64,000 nt of DNA from an uncultured Planctomycetota bacterium. GTDB lineage: Bacteria > Planctomycetota > Planctomycetia > Pirellulales > Lacipirellulaceae. Numbering within the stretch: the first letter of the stretch is position 1; each line of letters opens with the position of its first letter. Below, in pieces: positions 46,222 to 57,773 of this stretch. A program made the translations under genes and the position numbers. The stretch spans positions 352,001 to 416,000 of the forward strand of contig CAVRBU010000002.1 of assembly GCA_963719315.1 (NCBI GenBank). The letters are read 5' to 3'. Below the pieces are notes generated by a model, which worked only from the letters and a program-made list of their open reading frames with translations, was not told the origin of the DNA and made no database searches.

Positions 46222-47730
46222 ATGCCCAAGATTCTTGCTATCGACTGGGATCGCCATGAAGTTCGCGGTTTGCTCGTATCGGCTGGGCCGACGGGCACGA
46301 GCGTCGCTGGTGCTTGGGCTGCATCACTAGCAACCAGCGAACCTGACGGTCTCAACGGCAAGCAAATTGGTACGCGGCTAGCCGCGGCGATAGGCGGCGC
46401 CGTTTCCGGCAAAGTGACGACACTCGTCGGCGTCGGCCGCGACAACGTTCAGATGAAACTGATGACGTTGCCACCCGCGCCGCTCGATGAACTGCCGGAT
46501 ATGGTCCACTTTCAAGCGGAGCGCGAATTCACCGCGCTCGGCACCGATGCGGCGCTCGATTTCATTCCGCTCGCGGGCGACGCGACGTTTCCCAATCAGG
46601 TGCTCGCGCTTGCACTCAATGCAGAGGGCATGGCAGAAGCCCGCGAGATCTGTGAAGCGATCGGCGTCGAGTTGGATCGAATACCGGTTCGCGGATGCGC
46701 GGCCGCAGCGCTCGTTAGTCGAGCGGGTTTGGTCGATCCAGAAAAAGTGATGCTGGTCGTCAATCCACTGACCGACGAGGCCGACCTGGCCGCGCAGACG
46801 GGCGACAAAATTCTGTTATTGCGCACCGTGAGATTGCCGGACCCTAGCCAGCCAGAGGCACGGCAACGGGCGCTAGTCGGCGAAATCCGGCGAACCATGG
46901 CGGCTGTTCGCCAGCAAACAACCGATCAACAGGTTAGCCAGGTAATCGTCTTTGGCGCCGATGGGCCGGCCGCAACGGGTAGCGCCTTGGCCGGTGAGTT
47001 GGACGTCCCGGTTACCTCTTTCGATCCGACGACTCAAGCGCCGTCTGGGATTACAATGAAGGGGCTATCGCGCGAGAGTCTGGGACGATTCGGTGCGGTG
47101 CTAGGCATGGCGCTGGGCGAGGCGGAGCGTCGGCCGCCGATTGTCGATTTTTCGAATGTCCGCCGCCGAATCGAGGCCCGCCGTTTCGGCCGGCAACACG
47201 CGTTGGCCGCAATTGCCGCAGGGCTAGTCGCGGTTTTCGTCGGCGGGTATCTCTATTACCAATTGTCTGAGCCGGCTCGAGAACTGGCCGCCTTGCAAAA
47301 ACAAATTCGTGAAGTGCAGTCGCAAGCCGACACGTTCAAAAACGTGACCGCCCAGGCGGCGGCCATTGATCGCTGGCTGGCGACCGACGTCAATTGGCTC
47401 GACGAGCTCAATCAATTCGCGCTTCGCGTACGCCCGCAGCCGCTGTCGGCCAAGGATTTCCCGATAGCCGACGACGCCGTGATTACGCAGCTCGTCTTGC
47501 AGCGGCCGCCGGGAAACAACGCGACCGGCGGCAAGATGGATGTTCAGGCCGTGGGGAAGAGCCCGGCCGCGGTTGCCGCGCTCGAAAGCCGTCTGCGCGA
47601 TGGAACTCGAACCGTTTCCACTGGAATCGGCAAGCTCGATAAGAGCGTACCCGGTTACGATTGGTCGTTCGGGCTGGACATGCGAGTGCCGCCCGCCGAC
47701 GAACCGGTAGCGGAGGCGCCCAAGAAATGA
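46222..47730 (+). CDS. GspL/PilM-PilN-like assembly protein
   Basis: ILAIDWD actin-like N-terminus, TM, coiled coil; operon context. Confidence 0.72.
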   Translation: MPKILAIDWDRHEVRGLLVSAGPTGTSVAGAWAASLATSEPDGLNGKQIGTRLAAAIGGAVSGKVTTLVGVGRDNVQMKLMTLPPAPLDELPDMVHFQAEREFTALGTDAALDFIPLAGDATFPNQVLALALNAEGMAEAREICEAIGVELDRIPVRGCAAAALVSRAGLVDPEKVMLVVNPLTDEADLAAQTGDKILLLRTVRLPDPSQPEARQRALVGEIRRTMAAVRQQTTDQQVSQVIVFGADGPAATGSALAGELDVPVTSFDPTTQAPSGITMKGLSRESLGRFGAVLGMALGEAERRPPIVDFSNVRRRIEARRFGRQHALAAIAAGLVAVFVGGYLYYQLSEPARELAALQKQIREVQSQADTFKNVTAQAAAIDRWLATDVNWLDELNQFALRVRPQPLSAKDFPIADDAVITQLVLQRPPGNNATGGKMDVQAVGKSPAAVAALESRLRDGTRTVSTGIGKLDKSVPGYDWSFGLDMRVPPADEPVAEAPKK

Positions 47731-48704
47731 ACAAACGCGAGCGCATACTGGCCGGAGCGGTGTTGGCGCTGGCCGTCCTGTTGGGCGGCGGCTCACTGTA
47801 CAAGAGCTACAGCGGTGCGCTCGCCGCACGCCGTTCGCACGTGGAAGACGCCCGGAAGCGCTTGGGCGACGCCAATCGCACCCTTGCCACGGGTCGCGAT
47901 GCGGCCCGCAAGATCGATGAATTGAAAAAACGATCGATGCCGACCGACCGCGAGAAAGCGCTCTCGTTGTACAAGGCCTGGCTGCTCACGAAGGCGAAGT
48001 CCTCCGGCCTGACAGTCAACGACATCAAACTAGCGCCGCGGACCACGCTATCAACCGCATTCGACGCAATTGGTTACAACATTGAAGCGACCGGCACATT
48101 GTCGTCGGTCGTTTCCATGCTGTACGAATTCTATCGCAGCCCACAGTTGCAACAGATCACGCGGCTGCGGCTTGTCCGCCCGCCTGGGGCCACGCAACTG
48201 ACGGTGACGCTGGAAGTCGAAGCATTGTGCCTGGCCGGCGCGACGGCGACGGACAGTTTACCGGAAGGCGACTCGAAACGGCTCAAGCTGGCGAGCGCTG
48301 CCGAATACCTGAAGAGCCTGGGAGAGCGCGATCTGGCGACCGTGTACACGCCACCGCGCCCGCCGGGCCCGCCGCCGACCGTGCGACGCGAGACGCCGGC
48401 GGTGCCGAAGTTCGATGAGTCGGAGTTAGCGCGATTGACGGGGACGATTAATATCGGCGACGGCTGGCAGGCCTGGGTTTACGTCCGCTCGACCGGCGAG
48501 ATGTTGCACTTGGTGGCGGGCGACACGGTAAAAGTAGGAGCGCTCGAGGGCACGATCGAATCGGTCGCCGATCGTTCTCTCGTGCTGAAGACCGGAGACA
48601 AAAAATACCGCGTGGCGCTCGGCCAATCACTTCGCAGCGGTAAAGAACTTGATGCCGACGGCAATGTGAAAGCTACTTCTCCGAGCGAACCGCCGAAGAG
48701 CTAG
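47727..48704 (+). CDS. GspM/PilO-like membrane protein
   Basis: MNKRERIL + TM, coiled coil; last gene of the operon. Confidence 0.6.
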   Translation: MNKRERILAGAVLALAVLLGGGSLYKSYSGALAARRSHVEDARKRLGDANRTLATGRDAARKIDELKKRSMPTDREKALSLYKAWLLTKAKSSGLTVNDIKLAPRTTLSTAFDAIGYNIEATGTLSSVVSMLYEFYRSPQLQQITRLRLVRPPGATQLTVTLEVEALCLAGATATDSLPEGDSKRLKLASAAEYLKSLGERDLATVYTPPRPPGPPPTVRRETPAVPKFDESELARLTGTINIGDGWQAWVYVRSTGEMLHLVAGDTVKVGALEGTIESVADRSLVLKTGDKKYRVALGQSLRSGKELDADGNVKATSPSEPPKS

Positions 48705-48773
48705 TCGCAGCACGGACAATCCTGTCCGATTGCGATGGCATGTTTTGGACGAACAGGATTGCCCGCCCTACAA

Positions 48774-49319
48774 TCACACGGCGACACCGGCTGCCCTGGC
48801 TTGTTGGACGCCGACGAACGACATGTTGGCTTTGAGGCACGTTTGACGAAACGTTTCCGGGCGTGGCACGCCCCAGATGCGAAATGTTTCGGTCGCGCCC
48901 TGGCGGAAAACGAGGTCGCCCGCCTTGTACCAGGCCTGGCCTGATTCCACGACGATCTCGATCGAATCAAAGCGGTCGAGTGACACGCCCTTCAACTCGC
49001 CGCCGAACGGGTTTTCGACAACCACGCGGCGATTCGTCAGCCGATACTGCCAGCACCACGGATTCTTGATGCCGAGGACAATCCCGGGAAACCTTGGCAG
49101 CCGCATCAAGAAATACAGCGCGACCATGAACGGTATGGACACTAGCGCAAATAGCCGGCCCAGCGTCAGCGGTACGCCGAACACTGGGAAACCCAGTTCG
49201 ATGGCGAACAGCCGGCCCCAAAACCGCCCAAAGGCCGTGGCCGACAGTGATGGCCACACGGTCATCACTGTAACTTCCTTCAATTGCGACGGGGCCACGC
49301 CCGCGACCGGTTGATTCAT
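48774..49319 (-). CDS. PH-domain (bPH_2-like) membrane protein
   Basis: Two hydrophobic segments followed by YRLTNRRVVV. Confidence 0.65.
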   Translation of the reverse strand: MNQPVAGVAPSQLKEVTVMTVWPSLSATAFGRFWGRLFAIELGFPVFGVPLTLGRLFALVSIPFMVALYFLMRLPRFPGIVLGIKNPWCWQYRLTNRRVVVENPFGGELKGVSLDRFDSIEIVVESGQAWYKAGDLVFRQGATETFRIWGVPRPETFRQTCLKANMSFVGVQQARAAGVAV

Positions 49320-49557
49320 GGGGAGCCGAGAGCTAAGAGTCGAGGTTCAAGAGCCAGCGTGGCGACGCCCGCACTGCGGGAAATTGCCAGGCAACAACGA
49401 ATTGCCAGATGCTGGAAGCTACCAAAATGCACGTCATTTGGCTAGGCCCGCTGCTTCCCCTATGCTTGGAAGTTGGCTGAACTACGCGACTCATATGTCC
49501 CGCGAACGGAAACGCAACAGCTTTTAGCTCCGCTTCTGGCTCTCGACTCTCAACTTT

Positions 49558-50262
49558 ATGCACATCTGCCTCCTCGATATTGACGGCACGCTGCTGCTGA
49601 CGGGCGGCGCTGGTCAGGCGGCCTTCGCTGAAGCGCTGGCGGCCGACTTCGGCATCCCCGAAATATCCAAAAACGTTCCGTTCGCTGGACGCAGCGATCG
49701 GGCGATTGTCGCCGATTTGTTCCGGAGCCATGGCGTTGAGGTCTCTGAGGAAAACTGGCTGCGTTTTTGTGCCAGCTATTTGAGCCGCTTGGATTCCGCG
49801 CTGGCCAAACAGCAAGGACACGTGTTGCCAGGCGTCGTCGAACTGCTCACGTCATTGGCCGGCCGAGGCGACATTGCGCTGGGCCTGCTGACGGGGAATG
49901 TCCGGGAGGGCGCTCGTCGGAAGCTTGCCCACTACGATCTTTGGCATTGGTTTCCGTTTGGCGGCTTTGGCGATGAGCACGTCGAGCGGAATTCAATTGC
50001 CGCGGCAGCATTGGCGGCCGCCAAGCTGCACTTGAATGGCCGCGATTCGGCGTCCCCGATAGGTGGCTTGGCTTCTAACCCCAGCGAAATAGTTGTTATC
50101 GGCGATACGCTCAACGATATCGCGTGCGGCCGATCGATCAGTGCCCGGTGCGTAGCGGTGGCGACCGGTCACTCCCCGATGAGCGAATTGCGTGGCGGTC
50201 GCCCGGATGTGCTTGTGGAAACACTTCAAGTCGCCGAACCGATTCTGGCCCTTTTCAAGTAG
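49558..50262 (+). CDS. HAD-family hydrolase
   Basis: LLDIDGTL, LLTGN, KL, VIGDT..DI. Confidence 0.9.
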   Translation: MHICLLDIDGTLLLTGGAGQAAFAEALAADFGIPEISKNVPFAGRSDRAIVADLFRSHGVEVSEENWLRFCASYLSRLDSALAKQQGHVLPGVVELLTSLAGRGDIALGLLTGNVREGARRKLAHYDLWHWFPFGGFGDEHVERNSIAAAALAAAKLHLNGRDSASPIGGLASNPSEIVVIGDTLNDIACGRSISARCVAVATGHSPMSELRGGRPDVLVETLQVAEPILALFK

Positions 50263-50441
50263 CCAGATTCGTCAAATATCTGTCCGACCTCGAAGGTCGA
50301 CCAATGTTGCATCGCTTCGAATGGGAATTTTGACGTAGAAAAAGAGGCAGTAAATGCTCCGCGAGGATTGACCCACGATGTTCCCATTGCCCATAATTCA
50401 ACAAGTTCAACCATTTGCAAGGTTTGGCAAGGGCCAGTGCG

Positions 50442-52820
50442 ATGGCGCAACCCAATCTAACTGCCCCAAATTTCGCCAGTTGCTTGACCATCGGTGAAGC
50501 GGCGGAATTCCTGGGAGTTTCTTCCGCAACACTGCGGAATTGGGACCGGTCGGGGAAATTAAAACCGCGCCGGCATCCCCAGAACGGCTATCGCATCTAC
50601 CTCCACGAGGATTTGCAAGCTGTATTGCGTTCCGCTGATCTCGACACGCTCGACGATGAGTCGTTTGCCCCGCAGGTCGATTGGACCAAGATGGGCGAGG
50701 CGGAGCACTTCGTTCAGTTCTACGAGAGCGACCCGTTTCTGATCGAGTGCGTCGGCGGCTTCGTCGTTGCTGCGCTCCGCGAAGGCGCGTGCGGCTTAGT
50801 GTTGGCCACGGCCGACCACCGAAGAGAGCTCGAGCGCAGGTTTGCTGCCGAAGGCGTAGATTTTCGGGAGGCTGAAGCCACGGGTCGATTTGTAGTGTGC
50901 GATGCCGGCGATATGCTGTCGCATCTCATAGTCGATGGCGCACCTAATCCGCAGCGATTTCATGAAACGATTGGCGGGTTTGTGGCGCAATTGTCAAAGC
51001 GTGGCAAGCGTGTTCACGCCTTCGGCGAGATGGTCGCATTGCTTTGGGCCGACGGCAACCGCGATGGCGCCATCGCCTTGGAACAACTGTGGAACGAATT
51101 GGCGAAGCAACACAAGTTCGCCCTATTTTGCGCATATCCCGTTGAAGTCTTTGCAAAAGGCGACCTGGCAGCTTCATTCGAAAGCGTTTGCGGGTGTCAT
51201 ACGCGAGTCATCCCGGCCGAGAGTTATTCGGGCATCGATTGCGAAGACGACCGCCTGCGTGCCATCGGTTTGTTGCAGCAGAAGGCCTATTCTCTGCAGG
51301 CCGAAATCGAACATCGACAGGAGGTGGAGAAGTCGCTCCTCAAACGCGAGCGCGAACTGGCCGATTTCTTTGAAAACGCCACCGAAGGTTTGCACAAAGT
51401 CGGCGCCGACGGCACCATTCTGTGGGCCAACAAGGCCGAATATGACCTGCTCGGCTACGCCGCGGAGGAATACATCGGTCATCCTATCACCGAATTCCAT
51501 GCCGATGCGGATGTGATCGCCGATATCCTGCGGCGGCTTCAGCAAGGCGAGTTGCTGGTCAACTTCCCTGCTCGGCTGCGGTGCAAGGACGGCGCCATCA
51601 AGCACGTGCTGATCAGTTCCAACGGCTGCTTCGAAGACGGCAAGTTTCTCTACACTCGCTGTTTTACACGGGATGTCACGCAGCAATGGCAGGCCGAAAA
51701 GACGTTGCGTGAGACCGATTGCCGCAAAGACGAATTCCTGGCCACCCTCTCGCACGAGCTCCGCAATCCGCTTGCGCCGATTCGCAACGCCTTGGAGTTG
51801 CTCAATAACGACGGCAACGCCGCCGCACGTACGGAAGCGACCAGAATCATCCATCGCCAAGTCGGGCATCTGACTCGGCTGGTCGAAGATTTGCTGGATA
51901 TCAGCCGCATCACGCGCGACAAAATCAGTTTGCGGAAAGAAGATGTTGAGCTCGCCCCGCTCATTCACAGCGCGGTCGAAACTTGCCGGCCCGCGATCGA
52001 CGCGGCCCATCAGCGACTTCACGTGACACTTCCGGAACAATCCGTCCGCTTGTTCGCGGACCCCGCGCGGCTGGCGCAGGTCTTCGCGAATTTGCTGAAC
52101 AATGCGGCCAAGTTCACTCCGGCCGGCGGGGAGATTTGGATCGATGGCCGGAAAGAGGGACGCGAAGTCGTTGTCAGCATGCGCGACAACGGCGTCGGCA
52201 TTTCCTGTGAAGCGCTGGCTCACGTGTTTGACATGTTTTGCCAAGCCGACCAATCGCTCGAGAAATCGCAGGGCGGCTTGGGCATCGGTCTCACACTAGT
52301 GCGGCGGCTCGTTGAGCTACACGGCGGCACGGTCAACGCCCAAAGCGAAGGAATCGGAAAAGGCAGCGAGTTCACCGTGCGCTTGCCGGCGGCATTTGCC
52401 GCGCCGCGAGCGAAGAATCGATCCACGCCGGCCGATAAGCCGGCCATTGCCAAGCGTCGCATCCTAGTTGTGGACGACAACAAGGACTCCGGCGACACTC
52501 TGTCGCTGCTGCTGAAGGTAAAGGGACACGATGTACACACCGCCCGCGATGGCCTCGAGGCGATCGACAAAGCGGCGGAGTTCCGGCCGGAAATCATCCT
52601 AATGGACCTCGGCATGCCTAAACTCAACGGCTACGATGCCACGCGGCGGATTCGCGAAACGCCCGAGGGGCGCGACATCTACATCGTCGCACTCACCGGC
52701 TGGGGCCAGGCGAGCGACGTCGCTCGTTCGTTAGAGGCCGGATGTTCAGCGCACCTGGTGAAGCCGGTCGATTTTGCCGAACTCGATCGACTGCTGGCCG
52801 CCGCGCCCATGATCGGCTAG
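50442..52820 (+). CDS. cytoplasmic hybrid histidine kinase: MerR-type HTH, MEDS, PAS, HisKA, HATPase, REC
   Basis: LTIGEAAEFLGVSSATLRNWDRSG...NGYRIY; HFVQFYE...FGEMVALLW...LFCAYP; LSHELRNPL; NLLNNAAKF, DNGVG, GGLGIGL; VVDD, MDLGMP, KP. Confidence 0.92.
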   Translation: MAQPNLTAPNFASCLTIGEAAEFLGVSSATLRNWDRSGKLKPRRHPQNGYRIYLHEDLQAVLRSADLDTLDDESFAPQVDWTKMGEAEHFVQFYESDPFLIECVGGFVVAALREGACGLVLATADHRRELERRFAAEGVDFREAEATGRFVVCDAGDMLSHLIVDGAPNPQRFHETIGGFVAQLSKRGKRVHAFGEMVALLWADGNRDGAIALEQLWNELAKQHKFALFCAYPVEVFAKGDLAASFESVCGCHTRVIPAESYSGIDCEDDRLRAIGLLQQKAYSLQAEIEHRQEVEKSLLKRERELADFFENATEGLHKVGADGTILWANKAEYDLLGYAAEEYIGHPITEFHADADVIADILRRLQQGELLVNFPARLRCKDGAIKHVLISSNGCFEDGKFLYTRCFTRDVTQQWQAEKTLRETDCRKDEFLATLSHELRNPLAPIRNALELLNNDGNAAARTEATRIIHRQVGHLTRLVEDLLDISRITRDKISLRKEDVELAPLIHSAVETCRPAIDAAHQRLHVTLPEQSVRLFADPARLAQVFANLLNNAAKFTPAGGEIWIDGRKEGREVVVSMRDNGVGISCEALAHVFDMFCQADQSLEKSQGGLGIGLTLVRRLVELHGGTVNAQSEGIGKGSEFTVRLPAAFAAPRAKNRSTPADKPAIAKRRILVVDDNKDSGDTLSLLLKVKGHDVHTARDGLEAIDKAAEFRPEIILMDLGMPKLNGYDATRRIRETPEGRDIYIVALTGWGQASDVARSLEAGCSAHLVKPVDFAELDRLLAAAPMIG

Positions 52821-52917
52821 CCAAGATTTCAATTTACGAGCAACACCGCAAATCTCCCACGACGATTTGCTGCGTCCTAGCGACTACCTGAATTGTTTGA
52901 CGCGACAGACGACTTCA

Positions 52918-53124
52918 ATGATCCCGCCGGCTTCTGATCATCCCAAATGCCCGCGCTGTGGAAGCGCCACTGCCTCGCTGTGCGGACAGTCCATTCAATA
53001 TGTCCCCGCCGAATGGCCCGATCAGCCGTTGCAAGTACGTGAGCTGCACACGCTGGCGTACCGGTGCGACAGCGGACTGGCCTTCACGCAAACGGTCAAG
53101 GGCGACGATCGGCCGAAGGCCTGA
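52918..53124 (+). CDS. small hypothetical protein, possible zinc ribbon
   Basis: CPRCG ... YRCDSG. Confidence 0.4.
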   Translation: MIPPASDHPKCPRCGSATASLCGQSIQYVPAEWPDQPLQVRELHTLAYRCDSGLAFTQTVKGDDRPKA

Positions 53125-53330
53125 ACTCGCTGGCTTGGAACGGCATCGCGAATGATCTTGTTCGTCCGCTCACCCGCTGCAATCGCGCCAACCGGACCCC
53201 ACGGACGGTAAGCTGTTCCAAACCGCTTCCATCGCCTTCAGTGTGACAGATTGCCGTCACCTAATCTTGTTTATTCAGCAAGACAAGGCGGTCGCGCCAA
53301 AGTATTGAAATCAAGTGCGAGAATCTCCCC

Positions 53331-54797
53331 ATGCGATATGACCTGATCGTAGTAGGCAGCGGGCCGGCCGGCCAAAAAGCCGCCATAGCTGCGGCGAAAC
53401 AGAACTGGCGGGTGGCCGTTGTCGAGCGACGACGCGAACTGTTGGGCGGCGTTTCGCTTCATACGGGCACGATTCCCTCGAAAACGATTCGCGAAGCAAT
53501 TTTGCACCTCACTGGCTATCGCCACCGAGACGTGTACGAAGACAGTTACCGCCGCAAGCGCGAAATTACGATGAACGACCTGCGGCTGATGATCCGCAAC
53601 GTCGGTCAATCGGAGTGGCAAGTGCTGCAGGACCAATTCGCGCGGAATCGCGTGAACATCGTGTGCGGCGAAGCCTCGTTTTGCGATCCGCATCGCGTTG
53701 AAGTCAATTGTTGCGGCGAGTTGCAAGTGCTCGAAGGCCGGCACATCCTGCTGGCGCCGGGAACCCGCCCTGCCCGCCCCGAACACATCCCGTTCAACGG
53801 CGAGTCGGTTTTCGACTCCGATGAGGTCTTGAGCCTGTCGCGCGTCCCGCGGTCGATGATCGTCGTCGGTGGCGGCGTCATTGGATTGGAATACGCGATC
53901 ATGTTCGCCACGCTTGGCGTGCAAGTCACCGTGGTCGATGGCCGCGCGCAATTGCTCGAATTCTGCGACCGCGAGATCATCGAAACGCTGCTCCATCACG
54001 CCCGTTCGCTGGGGATGATTTTCCGCTTGGGCGAGAGTGTCGTCACGATTCGCGAGCCGAAGCCGGGGCGGGTGGCGGTCGAGTTGGAAAGCGGCAAGCG
54101 ACTGCTGGGCGAAACGGTACTGTTCAGCGTCGGTCGCGCGGGCGATACGGATTGCCTGCTCCTACACAACGCCGGCCTGGAAGTCGACAACCGCGGCCGC
54201 ATCCGCTGTAACGCACAATTTCAAACCGCCGTTCCGCATATTTACGCCGTGGGCGATGTCGTCGGTTTCCCGGCACTGGCGAGCACGTCGATGGAGCAAG
54301 GCCGGCGAGCCGCGTGTCATATGCTTGGCCGCGAGTTCGAGCCGTGCCAGCACATGCCCTATGGGTTGTTTACGATTCCCGAAATCTCGATGGTCGGCCA
54401 GAACGAAGAGCAGCTAACCGCCGCTCACGTGCCGTATGAAGTCGGCATGGCCCGGTTCAGCGAGATCGCCCGCGGGCACATCGCGGGGGACACGTCCGGT
54501 ATGCTCAAGCTGCTGTTCCATCGCGAGACGAGGAAACTGCTCGGCGTGCACGTCATCGGCGAGGCGGCGACCGAAATCGTCCACATCGGCCAAACGGTGA
54601 TGGCCCTCGACGCCACGATCGACTACTTCCGCGATACGGTGTTCAACTATCCTACTATGGCCGAATGCTACAAAGTCGCGGCGCTGGATGGCCTCAATAA
54701 GCTCTCCTTGTGGGCGGAAGCGGAAAGCACGGCCTGCGACGTGATGCCGACGCTGGAACTTGCAGCGGAAGCCGTTGCAGACGCGTTGCTGGTGTAA
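53331..54797 (+). CDS. sthA: soluble pyridine nucleotide transhydrogenase
   Basis: GSGPAG, HTGTIPSK, GGGVIGLEYA, GDVVGFPALASTSMEQGR, VFNYPTMAECYKVAA. Confidence 0.92.
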   Translation: MRYDLIVVGSGPAGQKAAIAAAKQNWRVAVVERRRELLGGVSLHTGTIPSKTIREAILHLTGYRHRDVYEDSYRRKREITMNDLRLMIRNVGQSEWQVLQDQFARNRVNIVCGEASFCDPHRVEVNCCGELQVLEGRHILLAPGTRPARPEHIPFNGESVFDSDEVLSLSRVPRSMIVVGGGVIGLEYAIMFATLGVQVTVVDGRAQLLEFCDREIIETLLHHARSLGMIFRLGESVVTIREPKPGRVAVELESGKRLLGETVLFSVGRAGDTDCLLLHNAGLEVDNRGRIRCNAQFQTAVPHIYAVGDVVGFPALASTSMEQGRRAACHMLGREFEPCQHMPYGLFTIPEISMVGQNEEQLTAAHVPYEVGMARFSEIARGHIAGDTSGMLKLLFHRETRKLLGVHVIGEAATEIVHIGQTVMALDATIDYFRDTVFNYPTMAECYKVAALDGLNKLSLWAEAESTACDVMPTLELAAEAVADALLV

Positions 54798-54837
54798 CAC
54801 GTGGACCGACGGCTTGTTCGTGCCTTATCATAGCGGC

Positions 54838-56613
<1,776 letters not shown>

Positions 56614-57773
56614 CTAGGCTTAGTCTGTGCGATGTCGGGAGACCCGCGCACAACAACCTTTTACTGGTAAGCCCCATTGCAAGCGTCCTGATTCCTTGCC
56701 TGCCAGTTGTTTCTGCCAATCCGCACCAGCGTCGAATATGAGGATCGACGGTTTAGTGCGGCAGCCAACAACGAGACGGCGTCCATCAGGAGTGAAGCAG
56801 GCATCGCTGATGTTAGCCCCGGGGCGCTGATAGCTCCAGACTTGCGTACCATTCTGCCGATCCCATAGCCGAACGCTGTCCTTATCCACGGTTAGTACGC
56901 GAGAGCCATCTGGTGAAAACGCGACTTTCGTTACAAATTCGCCAGTGTCGGCTCTCCAATATATTGTGCCAGCTTGCGTTTTCCAGACGTTCACGGTATT
57001 TCCATCGGTTGCGGCAAGTAATTCTCCATCGGGGCTATACGCAATGCTCCGCACCCAACTGTATAATTGCTTGGCAAGCTTGGCCGCTAATGCGCGACTG
57101 ACAGAGGAATGAATATTTATTGTCGCATCATTTCCACCGTAAGCCACGAATTCACCGTTTGGACTGAATGCGACTCCTCCAGCCCACCAAGAGTCGCCTT
57201 CAATCCGCTCGAGTTCGTGCCCATCGTGCAGATTCCACAAGATCAATCGTTTATCGTAACCACCCGTCGACGCTAAAAGGCGGCCGTCTTTGGTCGCAGC
57301 CAGTCCTTCGATATCACTTTCATGTCCGCGAAGCACACGGACTTCCTTGAACGTGCGGGCGTTCCACACACGAATCGTCATATCTCGACTGCTTGAGAGG
57401 ATGTACGGCTCGCTGCCGACTACCGCAAGACCGGTTATGTCAGCGCGATTCCGTTCGTGACGATGACCGATTAGCGTCGCCAATTCCTTCCCCCTGTCGA
57501 GATCCCACACTCGAACAGCTTCGTCGATGCTGCCTGTAACGAGCCAAGTTGAATTTGGATCGGGAGCGAGTACCGCGACACCGGCCTCCGGACTTTCAAT
57601 AGTTTGAATGTCGGGCGGCGTATCCAACGCCCAACGCTTCATTTTGCCGGTCTCGTCAACCGAGATAAGTGACTCTGGTTCTGAAAGGGCAAATACTGCG
57701 ATTGGGTGATATTCGTGGCCGCGTAGCAGATGCAGTTGAGTTCCGGTTCGCAGCTGCCACTCGCGAATTGTTA

